Positions 34,689-46,970 are shown, counted from the first letter of the stretch. The stretch is DNA of 64,000 nt from Eledone cirrhosa (GCA_964016885.1 OZ024741.1:157604001-157668000), one strand, 5' to 3'. Made by a program: numbers and translations. Notes: generated by a model from the letters alone, not told the origin.

Positions 34689-37600
34689 ATGGCTGTGCTA
34701 AGAGTAGGGTGTCTAAATGCGTGTGGCCTGGGCTCGTCTTGGAAGCAAGCAATGCTTCTAAATGACCTCAGGTCACAATCTATAAATGTGATGGTTATCT
34801 GCGAGGCCCGGATCAGCAGCATGCGACAGCTAGCCCCCACCTTTGACGACTTTGAGATGCACGCATCTCTCTGTCAGCCCGGAGGTGGGGGTGGGGTTGT
34901 CGTTCTGCTGCAAAAACATATGGGCCTTGCAACACAGATAGTTCACTTGGACCCAGGGGGTCGACTGGTGGTGCTGGACCTTGGCAGTGGTGAAGGTAGA
35001 GCCTTTAGGCTGATAGCCGCATATGCCCCTTTTGGGACAGAGCGGCCCGACTTTTTCCAGCGTCTGGAGTCTTTTCTAGGGACGTCCCGTTCCCTGCTTT
35101 TAGTGGGGGATTGGAATGGTATCCTGGATGCACGTTGGGACTATGCAGGGGCATGTCCCGATAGAGAGGGGTGCAACAGCCTCAAGGGGTTACTCGGCCG
35201 ATTTGACCTGGCCGATAGATTTCGACTAGATTTTCCGACGGTGCCAACCTGGTCTTGGTCAAATCGCAGCGGATCATCTAGATCGTACCTAGATAGATTT
35301 TTACTTAGAAATAAGGACAGGGACTTTTTAAGTTGTCCAGAAATGCTCATGGTTGGCTATTCAGACCACAAGTTGGTGACCTGCATGGTCAACCTTGATA
35401 GAACGCATAGACAGGGCCCCGGTTACTGGAAGCTCAACTTGTCCTTGCCGGCAAGTAGAGCCTACAGGAATCGGATTAGTACGTTAGTTAAGGAACGGTT
35501 GACTGGAGCGATCGTCAACAGCAGGTGGTGGGTATCTCTAAAGAGAGAGATTAGAGTAGTCTCGATTGAATTTAGTAAGGTTCTAGCTGCGGATAGGAAT
35601 AGGAAGGAAAGGGAGCTAATAGATAGAGTAGAAGAGGCAATTAGAAGCGGCGACGTGGCCAGAGTGCTAGCGTCGAGAACGGCTTTGAGCCAGTTTTTCG
35701 ACGCGAAGCACGAAGGCTGCGTTGTCCGAAGTAAAATACGTGCTCTAGGGAACGAGGGGACCAAAGCTGTTAGCTGGGCCCGCGTGACAGAGGCCAACAG
35801 TGGAACTAAATCCACCATCCGGTCTTTGCGAGACCTGGATGGACGGGCGATTCTTGAGCCTAAACAGATGTGTGAGGCCTTTCAAAGGCACTTTGCCCGA
35901 CTGTTCGGGAGGGGCGGGGAGCCGGTTGGGAACGTGGACTTCGGTCCATACCTCGACGGCCTGCCGCGCCTCTCGGACAGGGAGGCGAAGTCCTGCGAGG
36001 AGCCGATTTCGGCCGCTGAGATAGAGGACGTGCTGAGCCAATGCGGCAAACGCAAATCCCCGGGTCTCGATGGTCTTCCTTACGAATTATATCTAGCTAT
36101 GCCGGACTTGTTCCCCGATCTCCTCGAGGCGGTCTACTGCAACTGGCAACAGAACGGGAGAATTCCCTGTACTGTGACCAAGGGCGTAGTCACGCTAGTG
36201 AGGAAGGACGAGAACAAGGGGGACGAAATAAGTAACTTCAGGCCCATAACTCTGCTAAATACAGAGTTACAGATTTTGGCCAAGGTGCTAGCAAAGAGGT
36301 TGGCGCTTGTCGTGGGCAACCTGGTGGGAGATGCGCAGACATGCGCTATCCCGTCCAGGTCCATCCATGACAACCTCCACCTCATGCGATACATCATAGA
36401 GAGGGTTGGGAACGTACCCGGCTTTGGTGGGGCTCTGATCAACTTGGATCAATCTAAGGCGTTCGATAGGGTCGACCATGGTTACCTGGATGCGGTGCTA
36501 GCGGCGGCAGGCTTCGGACCCGTTTTCAGGGGCTGGATCACTGCTATGCACAGCAGCCGCATCTGCTCTAGGGTCAAGGTGAACGGCTACCTCTCGGAGC
36601 CGTTCAAAATCGCGCGGTCCATCCGACAAGGGTGCCCTCTCTCCTCCCTTCTGTATGTGTTGACTCTCGAGCCACTACTGCGGAAGTTGGAGTTGTTGCA
36701 GGGCATCCCTTTGGAACCGGGATTGCGGAAAGCGGTGTCAGCCTACGCCGATGATGTGACAGTAATGGTGTCGACGGCCTCCGAAATCGAGGCGGTCGGC
36801 ACCTTACTGGAGGAGTACGAAAAGTTCACAGGGGCTAAGCTGAACCGGGACAAGTCGATCGGTTTGCAACTCGGCACGTGGAGGGGCAGACCGATGCCCT
36901 CTGATGGCGTCGTCGGACGCTGGACGGAGGGCCCGGTGAAGTTGCTCGGGGTCTGGTTCGGACCGGACCTCCAGGTGGAGAAAAACTGGGCGGAGGTTAC
37001 GAACAGGGTGTTTGCACTGACCCAGAAGTGGGCCAGTTGCAAACTATCCCTGAAAGGTCGGGCGGAGGTGGCGAACACTTATATAGCGTCCGTCATCTAC
37101 TACCGCCTGACCGTAGTGCCCTGCCCAAGGGAAACCCTCACCAAGATGGAGCGCGCGCTCTTCCAATTCCTTTGGAAGAGGCGGGCTCCTATGGTGAGGA
37201 GATCCATCTGCTGTCAACACCCTTCGAAAGGAGGGCTGGGGATGCCGTGGCTAATGATGCGTAAACACGCATTCAGCCCGGGACCTATGGACAACTTCCA
37301 GAAGTCCCTGGCCTGGCAGTGCTACCGAGGGGCTTTACCCGTTCGAGAAAGGCTCTACAGACACGGGCGCCCGGGTAGGGACCCCGCCAAAAAGATCTGT
37401 CCCAGATGCGTGTGCGATGAGGAAACCGTTGCACACGCATTGGTACACTGCTCGGGCGTAGCCGATCTGTGGGGCTATGTCGAACAACTGCTGTCATGGG
37501 TGGGACCGATCCGGTTGACCACCGAGTCTATTGTAATGATCAAGCCGCCTCCCCCCTTCAAAGATGAAGCAGAGGCGGTGTTTCTGTGCGTAATAGCCAT

Positions 37601-37814
37601 GGCGAAAGAGGTTGTATGGTGGACGCGTCTGAAAGGACTGAGGTCAGGCACCTTTCTCTCTGGCCAACAACTGGTCCGTTTCTTCCGATATCATTTCGGA
37701 AGAAGGATCAGGATGGAGAGAGAGGTGCTGCACCCCAGTCGTTTTTATGAAAGGTGGGTGAAAGTGGCGAGAATGGCCCGTGTGAATGGGCCTTCTCTTT
37801 ACATAAGCCTGTAG
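34689..37814 (+). CDS. Copy D ORF2 (APE endonuclease-RT-Cys/His), open but with a 312-bp in-frame deletion
   Basis: MAVLRVGCLN, GDWN, YLDR, YSDH, QGCPLS, YADD, CPRC..HALVHC; KHA joins FSPGP at 37270 relative to copy C. Confidence 0.9.
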   Translation: MAVLRVGCLNACGLGSSWKQAMLLNDLRSQSINVMVICEARISSMRQLAPTFDDFEMHASLCQPGGGGGVVVLLQKHMGLATQIVHLDPGGRLVVLDLGSGEGRAFRLIAAYAPFGTERPDFFQRLESFLGTSRSLLLVGDWNGILDARWDYAGACPDREGCNSLKGLLGRFDLADRFRLDFPTVPTWSWSNRSGSSRSYLDRFLLRNKDRDFLSCPEMLMVGYSDHKLVTCMVNLDRTHRQGPGYWKLNLSLPASRAYRNRISTLVKERLTGAIVNSRWWVSLKREIRVVSIEFSKVLAADRNRKERELIDRVEEAIRSGDVARVLASRTALSQFFDAKHEGCVVRSKIRALGNEGTKAVSWARVTEANSGTKSTIRSLRDLDGRAILEPKQMCEAFQRHFARLFGRGGEPVGNVDFGPYLDGLPRLSDREAKSCEEPISAAEIEDVLSQCGKRKSPGLDGLPYELYLAMPDLFPDLLEAVYCNWQQNGRIPCTVTKGVVTLVRKDENKGDEISNFRPITLLNTELQILAKVLAKRLALVVGNLVGDAQTCAIPSRSIHDNLHLMRYIIERVGNVPGFGGALINLDQSKAFDRVDHGYLDAVLAAAGFGPVFRGWITAMHSSRICSRVKVNGYLSEPFKIARSIRQGCPLSSLLYVLTLEPLLRKLELLQGIPLEPGLRKAVSAYADDVTVMVSTASEIEAVGTLLEEYEKFTGAKLNRDKSIGLQLGTWRGRPMPSDGVVGRWTEGPVKLLGVWFGPDLQVEKNWAEVTNRVFALTQKWASCKLSLKGRAEVANTYIASVIYYRLTVVPCPRETLTKMERALFQFLWKRRAPMVRRSICCQHPSKGGLGMPWLMMRKHAFSPGPMDNFQKSLAWQCYRGALPVRERLYRHGRPGRDPAKKICPRCVCDEETVAHALVHCSGVADLWGYVEQLLSWVGPIRLTTESIVMIKPPPPFKDEAEAVFLCVIAMAKEVVWWTRLKGLRSGTFLSGQQLVRFFRYHFGRRIRMEREVLHPSRFYERWVKVARMARVNGPSLYISL

Positions 37815-38078
37815 GTGGAAAAGAGGAAGGAACGAGGGAGCACCCCCTCTCTGTGCTCCTGAGGAAAAGGGTTGCACACTTTTTTCGGGGGTGTGTGCGA
37901 CCCCCCAAGGCGCCTCCTCTCTATTGAGGATTTTGTTAAAAATTTTATTTTTTGTTATATCTTATTTTATTTTTATATTTTGTTATTGCCTCCTCCTTAT
38001 TGAGGACGCCTTTTTGTGTAAACTCCCCCCTTTGTACTTGTCCCACTTTTGATGCCCTAGTGGCAAATAAAAGAAACT

Positions 38079-38730
38079 TATCAGTCTGTCTATCAGTCTA
38101 TCAGTCTGTCTATCAGTCAGTCTATCAGTCAGTCTATCAGTCTATCAGTCAGTCTATCAGTCTGTCTATCAGTCTGTCTATCAGTCTATCAGTCAGTCTA
38201 TCAGTCTGTCTATCAGTCTATCAGTCAGTCTATCAGTCTGTCTATCAGTCAGTCTATCAGTCTATCAGTCAGTCTATCAGTCAGTCTATCAGTCAGTCTA
38301 TCAGTCTATCAGTCTGTCTATCAGTCTGTCTATCAGTCTGTCTATCAGTCTGTCTATCAGTCTATCAGTCTGTCTATCAGTCTGTCTATCAGTCTGTCTA
38401 TCAGTGTATCAGTCAGTCTATCAGTCTGTCTATCAGTCTGTCTATCAGTCTATCAGTCTGTCTATCAGTCTATCAGTCTGTCTATCAGTCTGTCTATCAG
38501 TCTATCAGTCTGTCTATCAGTCTATCAGTCTGTCTATCAGTCTATCAGTCTGTCTATCAGTCTGTCTATCAGTCTATCAGTCTGTCTATCAGTCTATCAG
38601 TCTGTCTATCAGTCTATCAGTCTGTCTATCAGTCTGTCTATCAGTCTATCAGTCTGTCTATTAGTCTATCAGTCTGTCTATCAGTCTGTCTATCAGTCTA
38701 TCAGTCTGTCTATCAGTCAGTCTGTATCTA
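38079..38730. repeat. Satellite block 5 (right end of the array)
   Basis: Direct reading. Confidence 0.95.
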
Positions 38731-40185
38731 CTTAACAAGAAATATCACCAAGTTTTCTTAGCAATGATTTACCTTCCTAGGTTCCTTGGTTACGCAGAAT
38801 GTAAGTTTTTTTAATGGATTTTTATTGCTTTAGCTCGTTAAGCTAATTGCAACAACAACACCATAAACAACAATCCTATGAGTTCTTTCATTCTTTTTCT
38901 TTTTTCTTTCTTTCTTTAATTCTTTCCTCCCTTCCATCTATCTATCCACCCTTCTGTATGTTCATCAAGGGTTCAATTTCCAATAAACTGCACACACTCC
39001 CTGCTCCCTCAATGGCTGAATGATAATGGAAGCAAAATAATTTCCAATCTTTGAACAGTCTTTAACCATTTTTTTTTTAACAGTTGAAGACATTGATTTG
39101 GTTATTCTATTTCATTTCACTTTCTGCAGACACCACACTATATCTTTATAATACTATATGATCTACCAATATAAAGGCAGGAAACTCTAGCAATAGGATG
39201 AATTCTCCATTAGTTACAACCTGTAAATTATTGAGTATTTCACAAACATGTATTCCCTTAATGTAAATCTCAGGAAAAGTTAGCATGATAATAAGTGATA
39301 AGGCTGGACCTTTGAATTACAGAAATAATCTATCTGCAGATGTGGAATAAGATGTTATGGGCTGGCCTGGGGTAAACAATATACTACTATAAATTCTAAT
39401 ATTGTTAGTTGTTTCTACTTTTGGCACAAGGCCAGCAATTAACCAGTACATTACTGGTACTTTATTTTATCGACCCCGTAAGGATGAAAGGCAAAGTTAA
39501 CCTCGGCGGGATTTGAACTCAGACCGTAAAGGGATATAACTATGCTGGAAAGCATGGCGTCCGACTCTCTACCGATACTGCCAATCCACCGCCCCTAATT
39601 GTTAGTAATATTGTTAGTACTCATTAACTAGATATACAGTGAAAAAATGTAGATACTACCAAATACTCATTTTTTCCCATATTCACATATATACACTAGG
39701 TCTGAACACAAAAGAACCAAACTCCTGCTGTCACTGCCTCTGTCTCTCTCGCTCTCCCCATCTCTCACTATTGTGAGCAAATGGGGGACCGTGTGCTGGC
39801 CGCCCGGGGAGACAGGTGGTTGAGTATTCCACAGACATGTGTATTCTTAATGTAAATTCTCAGATAGAGTCAACATGACATAGTATGTTACAAAGCTGGA
39901 CTTATGAATTACAGGTACAGTTTCCATCTACTCAATTTTACTGACAATGCTTGAGTTGAATCAAGGCTATGGTAAAGATACTTGGCAAGACATTCAGATG
40001 CCGCAAATCATTCAGTGGCACAATAACGAAAATAATAACAACAGCTATTATGAAGTTCAAGAGAAACCAGTCTTATCTAATTCAGACAAGATAAAATTTA
40101 GATGAGACATCTACCATGATATATACTAATCTAGAGATAAAATACCACAATTACTCCCTTTCATTTGGCCTCTTGACCTCTGACA

Positions 40186-40266
<81 letters not shown>

Positions 40267-40668
40267 TAAGTCATATATATTATCAGCAGTTTTACTTACT
40301 ATATTTTGATGTGAATCAGTGCGTCTCAGACTTGAATCAGCTCACTATAGAAACCAACCAGCTGGTTCAGAAATGAGCCAAAGATGGAGCCTCCATGAGG
40401 TCATTCATAAAAACTGTTAAAAATAGCAACCAGATCTCCCTTTATCTTTATATTGGAAGATGGTGGATCAAAGGTCTCTGAGATCATAGTCAACCAGGGG
40501 CTAAAACAAAACAAACAAAAATAGATACCTAAATGAACTACAGTGAGACACACACACGCACATCATACACACACATACACACATGCATATGCATACACAC
40601 ACACACAAACACACACATATCTATATATATATATACATATAAATATACGTAAAATGATGATGATGATT

Positions 40669-40707
<39 letters not shown>

Positions 40708-40726
40708 ATGTGTGTGTGGGTTTGTG

Positions 40727-40814
<88 letters not shown>

Positions 40815-41320
40815 CATACATACATAGATAACCATTATATACATACATATATATATATACATGTGTGTGTGTATGTGTGAATGTGTGTGTGTGCATGTAT
40901 GTATGCATATGCACACATGAGTTTGATGGTTTGTGTATTTTTGCTCGTGTGGTTGTTGAGGAAACTGAAGATAATGTTATATTTATTTATCGCTGTGATA
41001 TCAGTTTCTGGGTTAAATTGCTGTAAATTACTGAATATCTGTATAAGATAGAGATATGTGTCAGTATTAAAGAGATATGTGTGTATGTCTGTGATTTAGA
41101 TTGATATATATTATATATATATATATATATATAGGGTGTATGAGATAGCAATCAAATAGACATTCTCATTCCTGTAATCATTTCAAACCTACCTTATATA
41201 TGAAATTTATAATGCAAAGCGCATGTTAACAGCATTAGCATAAGCTTAGTAATTGCATCATTCAACTAAATCATCATCATCATCTTCGTTTAACATCCAT
41301 CTTCCACGCAAGCATATATA

Positions 41321-41405
<85 letters not shown>

Positions 41406-41432
41406 TTCGTTTAACGTCCATCTTCCATGCTA

Positions 41433-41502
<70 letters not shown>

Positions 41503-41646
41503 TCATCATCATCATCATTTTACGTCCGCTTTTCCCTGCTTGCAAGGAAAATGATATATTAATAAAGTATAATTATGAGAAGTAATAAAACACTGTTTAT
41601 CATTTGTATCAAAAAATATTATAATGTAAATCATTGTTCATAATTC

Positions 41647-41691
41647 GAATCTAATGCTTTCATCTTGCACAAGATTTATCAAGGTATGAAT
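41647..41691 (-). ncRNA. Degenerate hammerhead motif with U3-A8 core
   Basis: Minus strand TTGATAA-ATCTTG(TG)CAAGAT-GAAA-GCAT-TA; stem I only partly paired. Confidence 0.35.
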
Positions 41692-41749
41692 GTTATTAAA
41701 AGGGTAGTCGAATTGGAAGTTTCCTAAGTGTATATTTGTATCTCTTTAT

Positions 41750-42730
41750 TTACCATATACTATCCAACTAAAGACCTCAACCATAGGTTACCTGTACTAG
41801 ACACAAAACTCTGGTTAGAAACCATTAATAATAAAGCACAAATCCTCCATTCGCATTATGCCAAACCCATGGCCTCCAAGTACCTGATCCACCAAAACTC
41901 AGCCATTTCGGATAACATGAAAGTAAATTGCAGATTTAGTAAGAGTGGTGAGGAATGTGTCCTACATGTGCAACTCTAAAGAATTAGAGAAACTCATACA
42001 ACACTTCATCCACCACATGCAGTTCTCTGGTTACTATCAGAGAGACAGGAACAGGGTATATAAAGAAGCCAGGGCCAAATGGACAAAGATTGTTAAAAAA
42101 AAGGAGGATGCAAATGGGACTTGCCCCATGTATAGGAGCAAATTTTGGAATAAGATAGAAAGAATTAAGAAGATGACTAATAAAGTTAACTTGTGATATT
42201 ACAGCATTTAAAACCAGAGTGTAATGTTCATCAATGCAACCCATAGAGGCAAACTAGCTTACAGATTTAGAAGGGCACTAGACAAACTAAAATTAAATAT
42301 TAAGTTAGTTGAAAAAAAAAAAAAGCCATAATTAGTAGAACATATACTTTTGAAAAAAAAACCCTGTACTGATAGGAAATGTATAGTCTGCAAATTAAAC
42401 CCACAGATTAACTGCAAAACTGGGAATGTAGTATATAGCATAAGATGTACGGGGGGACAGTGTAGGAATAGGAACACAATTTACATAGACGAGACGTGCT
42501 GCAGCATAGGAGAAAGGATAAATGAACACTGGCAAGAACTCCAAGATTGGAAGAACTCATCAGTACTCCACCAACATGCCAAAATGGAACATGGCGGCAT
42601 ATTAGAAAACATAGAAATAATGATCATATCCACACACAGAAAAGACGCAATGTTCCAACAGATTACAGAAGCAAGAAACATAAAAACTAAACAGAAAACG
42701 TGAGTGTAATAGCAACAACATCAAAACAAG
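41750..42730 (+). mobile_element. Degenerate Penelope-like element (RT C-terminus plus GIY-YIG)
   Basis: RLPVLDTKLW..HYAKPMAS..HQNSA; CIVCK..CKTGNVVYSIRC..C..YIDET..IGERINEH; frameshifts and stops. Confidence 0.8.
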
Positions 42731-43379
42731 TAACTGAGGACGAGATAAATACATACAAAGACACACAAGAACCACACTAATAAAACAAACCAGACACACT
42801 CAGATAGAGCAAGCAAGCAACTAGTGACAAGTAAACAAACGTATAAATTAATTTTTAAAAATACACATACACTCGGATATAACGCATGCACAACCCAAGT
42901 ACACAGCACACAGTACACAAAAACAAGATGGTGTAGGACAGAACAAAAGAGAGACACAAAATGACAAATTAGTCAATGAGGAGGTGTGACAATAAATAAA
43001 TAATCATCCGGTTATTAAACTAACTAACTGGAAACTGGAAATTTGTAATAGATTGAAGTGAAAACCAACAGGTTTGTGTGCTTTTATTGGCAATATGACC
43101 CTCTCAAAGTATAACACTCTCTGTTTCAAGACACGTTTTCAGATAAGAAATCTTGCAAAAGAAATACAAAAACGCAGTATATACATATATATATATATAT
43201 AATAATTAAGGAACAAAGAATCAGTGTTGTATCATATACATATTTAATCACATTGCACCAATTACTACTTGTGCATATCTCTCTATATATAAAATTATTT
43301 GTCTCTGTCTCTCTGTCTGTCAGTCTGTCTTTTCCTTATGCATTCTCAAACGGCTCAACCAAATCAAATTAAACTTTAC

Positions 43380-43545
43380 AAGACATGGGCGGAGGTGGTG
43401 AGAACAGACCTCAGATCATTGAAGCTCACGGTGGAGATGACGAGGGACCGTGACGAGTGGAGAGATGCTGTGCTGAATAAGACCCGTCCCACCCTTGCAA
43501 GCAGGGAAAAGCGGACGTAAAATGATGATGATGATGATGATGATG
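43380..43545 (+). mobile_element. RTE-like LINE 3' end with (ATG)n tail
   Basis: KTWAEVVRTDLRSLKLTVEMTRDRDEWRDAVL; matches 1372-1516. Confidence 0.65.
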
Positions 43546-44199
43546 AAGACACTGGGATTAACAACATGTAATTTTTATTTTCATTTGGATTAAAACAATA
43601 TAACATTTTATCTAAAATATTCTACTATAGTCAACTATATGAGTGTGTATGTGTCTGTGAGTGTGTGTGTGTTTGTGTGTTTATTACATACTTTAGGCCT
43701 TAGTAAGTTACATACACACACATCTTCACGTAAATATTTAATCAGATACTCAAAGAATTAAACACACACACATCTTCACATACATATACATATGTGATAA
43801 CTGACAAGTATATGTGTGTGAGTGTATGTGAGAGTGTATGTGCGTGTGAATATACATACATAACGACTGACATAACGAAACGCTGGGGGTGAAACTCTGT
43901 GTGTGTTTGTATGAACGTATGTCTGTGTGTGTGTTTTTATAAGTTTGTGTGAGTGTATGTGTGTCTGTTCATGGGTGAAATTGTATGTGTGTGTTTGTAT
44001 GAATGTATGTCTGTATGTGCTTTTTATAAGTGTATGTTCATGTATCTGTTCGTTTATATTTATATTCTTATACTGTTAAATTAGCAGTTAATACATTTGC
44101 TTATATTTGGTTAATTTACACTGCATACAAAAATAATAATTAATATATATTTCTTTTGGATGTTGATACTTATTTGTTTACAATATTGAAAGAAAAATG

Positions 44200-44469
44200 T
44201 CTTTATTCTAAAAATTCCTCTCATATCTACAGCTGTTCCATTTGAATTTAAGAGGCTTCAATTTCTAGTCAAACTAAGTTTTGTTATTTCAATTAACTCA
44301 GGGTCAATCTCTCAAGGTAGTTGGACTTGATCTCTCTACTACATGTTTCTCCCATGGTCAACTCTATGTTAGTTGCTCACGAGTTGGAAGCAGCAATAAT
44401 TTATTCATTTGGACACCAACAAAAAATTATACAATGAATATTGTTTACTCCGAGGTGCTTCAAGATTGA
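44200..44469 (+). mobile_element. Helitron PIF1-like helicase C-terminal fragment
   Basis: IPLISTAVPFEFKRLQF...QGQSLKVVGLDLSTTCFSHGQLYVSCSRV. Confidence 0.75.
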
Positions 44470-44597
44470 CAAATGTAAAAACGATGATGATGATAAATAT
44501 AAGTGTGTGTGTGTGGGGGGATGGGGGGGGGGGGGTATATGTATGTATGTTTACACATATATAGCAAATTTGCACATGGAAAAAACGAAACATGGTG

Positions 44598-44639
<42 letters not shown>

Positions 44640-45051
44640 CGTGTGCGTGTGTGTGCGTGTATGTGTGTGTGTGCTTGTGTGTGTGTGTGTACATACTTAT
44701 GCATACAGAAATAGAGAAAGTAAATTGTAAACAAATTCCCAAAAAAACTTTTCTGCTGTATATATATATATATATAATTTATTATGTTTTATTTTACATT
44801 TCCTAATTTAGATTCCTCAGTTTCGAATTACACCCGAAATAATTGTTGAATATCTTAATGATGAGTAAAGAATCTTGCTTTTTACTGACCGGAACCATGC
44901 TAAGGCTTTGATCTAATATCTTAACCATTTTTTTAGACCACACCAGATGTAACCACTCCTACTGCAATGATAATAACAAGTTTATTTAGAAACCTTAGAT
45001 CATAATTTCATGTAAAAACTTTTATTATGGTCCAAATATCAATGAGAAAGT

Positions 45052-45265
45052 TATGAGGGTCAGCTGAGAGTCGGCTGAAAAGTTCATGGGCTGACCGAGA
45101 TACCCTCATGAAATGACCAAATGAGGTTTATTTTTCAACGATAGTCGCTGGAAAAAAACAATGCAGTTATTAATAACAAGAATTGAAATGTATGCATGCA
45201 AGATTTCACAGCTCTAGCATCACTCCTTCATAGTCAGCCTATGATCTTTTTAGCTCAACTGCGTA
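45052..45265. mobile_element. Mariner-derived MITE
   Basis: Left GCTGAAAAGTTCATGGGCTGAC versus right GTCAGCCTATGATCTTTTTAGC; TA at both ends. Confidence 0.55.
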
Positions 45266-46599
45266 GTTATATTACTAAAACTCTGAATATTCTATTATTT
45301 TCAAAATAATTTGGAAACCATAACATTTGTCTTTTATTAGAGACAAGGTAATGAATGGTTTAAAAGCCTGTCTGCATAAGTGCTGCAATGACAGAGTAGA
45401 TCTGCATTAACTGTGAGTAATTAAGAGGTCATTTATCCACCAATTAGAGATGCCTCATAAACTCAGTACCCCCACCCACAAAAGAAATAATAATTGGAGA
45501 CTAAGAGATAAAGAGTGACAAGAACAACAACAAAAATATTATATGGAATATCACTCTTTGAAAGCAGTGCTATAGCTTGGCCTTAACCATGATAACTGAA
45601 AGAAAGCAAAGAACTAAATATATATATATATATAGTTGATCAACAAATCCCAGGCCTTCTCAAATTGGACCAAGGAAACAATGTTTCAATTGGTCTTTCC
45701 AATTGGTAATATTATCTACCGGTTGCAAATCCAGGCAGAAGGAACAATGTGAAATAAAGTGTCTTGCTCAAGGACATAACGCATTGCCCGGTGCGGGAAT
45801 CAAACTCACAACCTCATGATTGTGAATCCAATTCTCTCTCTCTCTCTCTATCTATCTATATATGTACACATACATACATCATACATACATATCATCTAGC
45901 ATGGCTTAGACAAATTGTCCCATTGTTAGATAAGTCAGATCAGGTGGCTGTGTTTTGTTCATACAAAACTGTTTCTGGCTTAAATTCTATGATTGGATAC
46001 CCTTCCTAACGCCAATCATAGTTACAGCATGGACTGGGTGCTGTTTATCATGGCACCAAAACAACCAACTGACTGGTTGGACTGAGTACTTTTTCATTGT
46101 GTCATTAGCATGACCATCTTACAGGGTGGACCATGTGCTTTTAGTCGCACCACCAACATACAAGTTAAGTAGGGTTCTTTTTGTTGTGTCACCTGCACAA
46201 CCCCCTTACAGGTTGGACTGGGTGCTTTTTGTTGTGTCACCTGCATGACAGGCAACCTTACAGGGTGGACTGGCTGGTCTTTTGTCATGCCACCAGCATC
46301 AGCACCTTACATGGTGGTCTAGGGGCTTTTGTTGTGTCACCAGCATGACCACCTTACAGCATAGACTGAAAGCTTTTAACCATTTCAGCAGCATTGTGGG
46401 AGAACATGTTTATTTTTCCATGCTTGTGTGCATGGGTTGGACAAGGGATGCATGTCAGATGTGGAAGGTGGTGGTTGGGGGTGGGGGTGGTATGTGTATG
46501 CAGGTCAGGGATAGAAGTAGGTCTAAGGTGGGGGTTCTTAGTTGGTGAAGGGTGGAATGTTTAGATGTGGGAAGCCTATGGATGGGAGAGGAGAAGATT

Positions 46600-46970
46600 T
46601 GGTGCAAATTAGTGTCCTCTAGAAGTTTACTTCATCCTGTACGCATGGGAAGGCAGGTCTTCTGCAGTACTGCATATTGCCAGAGATCTCGATCCTGTCT
46701 CATTACCTTTAAGAGGTTTAATTGTGTGAGGTCAGCTTTTATCACTTCATCTCAAGTCTTCTAAGGTCTTCCTACATCATAGGTTCCTTCAACTTCAAGC
46801 ACCGATGCACCTTTTTATATAGCTGTCATCATTTGTATGCATCACAAGTCCGTACCATTGCAATCTCTTCTCCTACACACTGCACCTGATCCTCTTATGC
46901 CCAGTTTCTTTCTTAGTTCATTTACACTTTACTGTTCATGTATATCATTATTACACATCCATTAATTGAT
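46600..46970 (-). mobile_element. Degenerate RTE-like LINE 3' fragment
   Basis: Minus strand remnants of 'RLQWYG', 'GRP.KT.DEVIKADL'. Confidence 0.5.

Larger units (their letters stand above)
32635..38078 (+). mobile_element. L1/Tx1-type copy D (near full length; same subfamily as C)
   Basis: 5'UTR homologous to A; ORF1 and ORF2 present; AATAAA at 38066-38071, then satellite. Confidence 0.93.

Noticed and set aside
19285-37908. Recurrent antisense ORFs inside ORF2 of each Tx1 copy
   Set aside because: Shadows of GC-rich coding sequence, repeated only because the copies are homologous
16320-38100. Target-site duplications for the Tx1 copies
   Set aside because: Cannot be defined inside a low-complexity satellite
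15200-38730. CRISPR-like or telomeric interpretation of the repeat/element alternation
   Set aside because: The 'spacers' are kb-long retrotransposons, the repeat is not TTAGGG-like, and ordinary sequence lies on both sides
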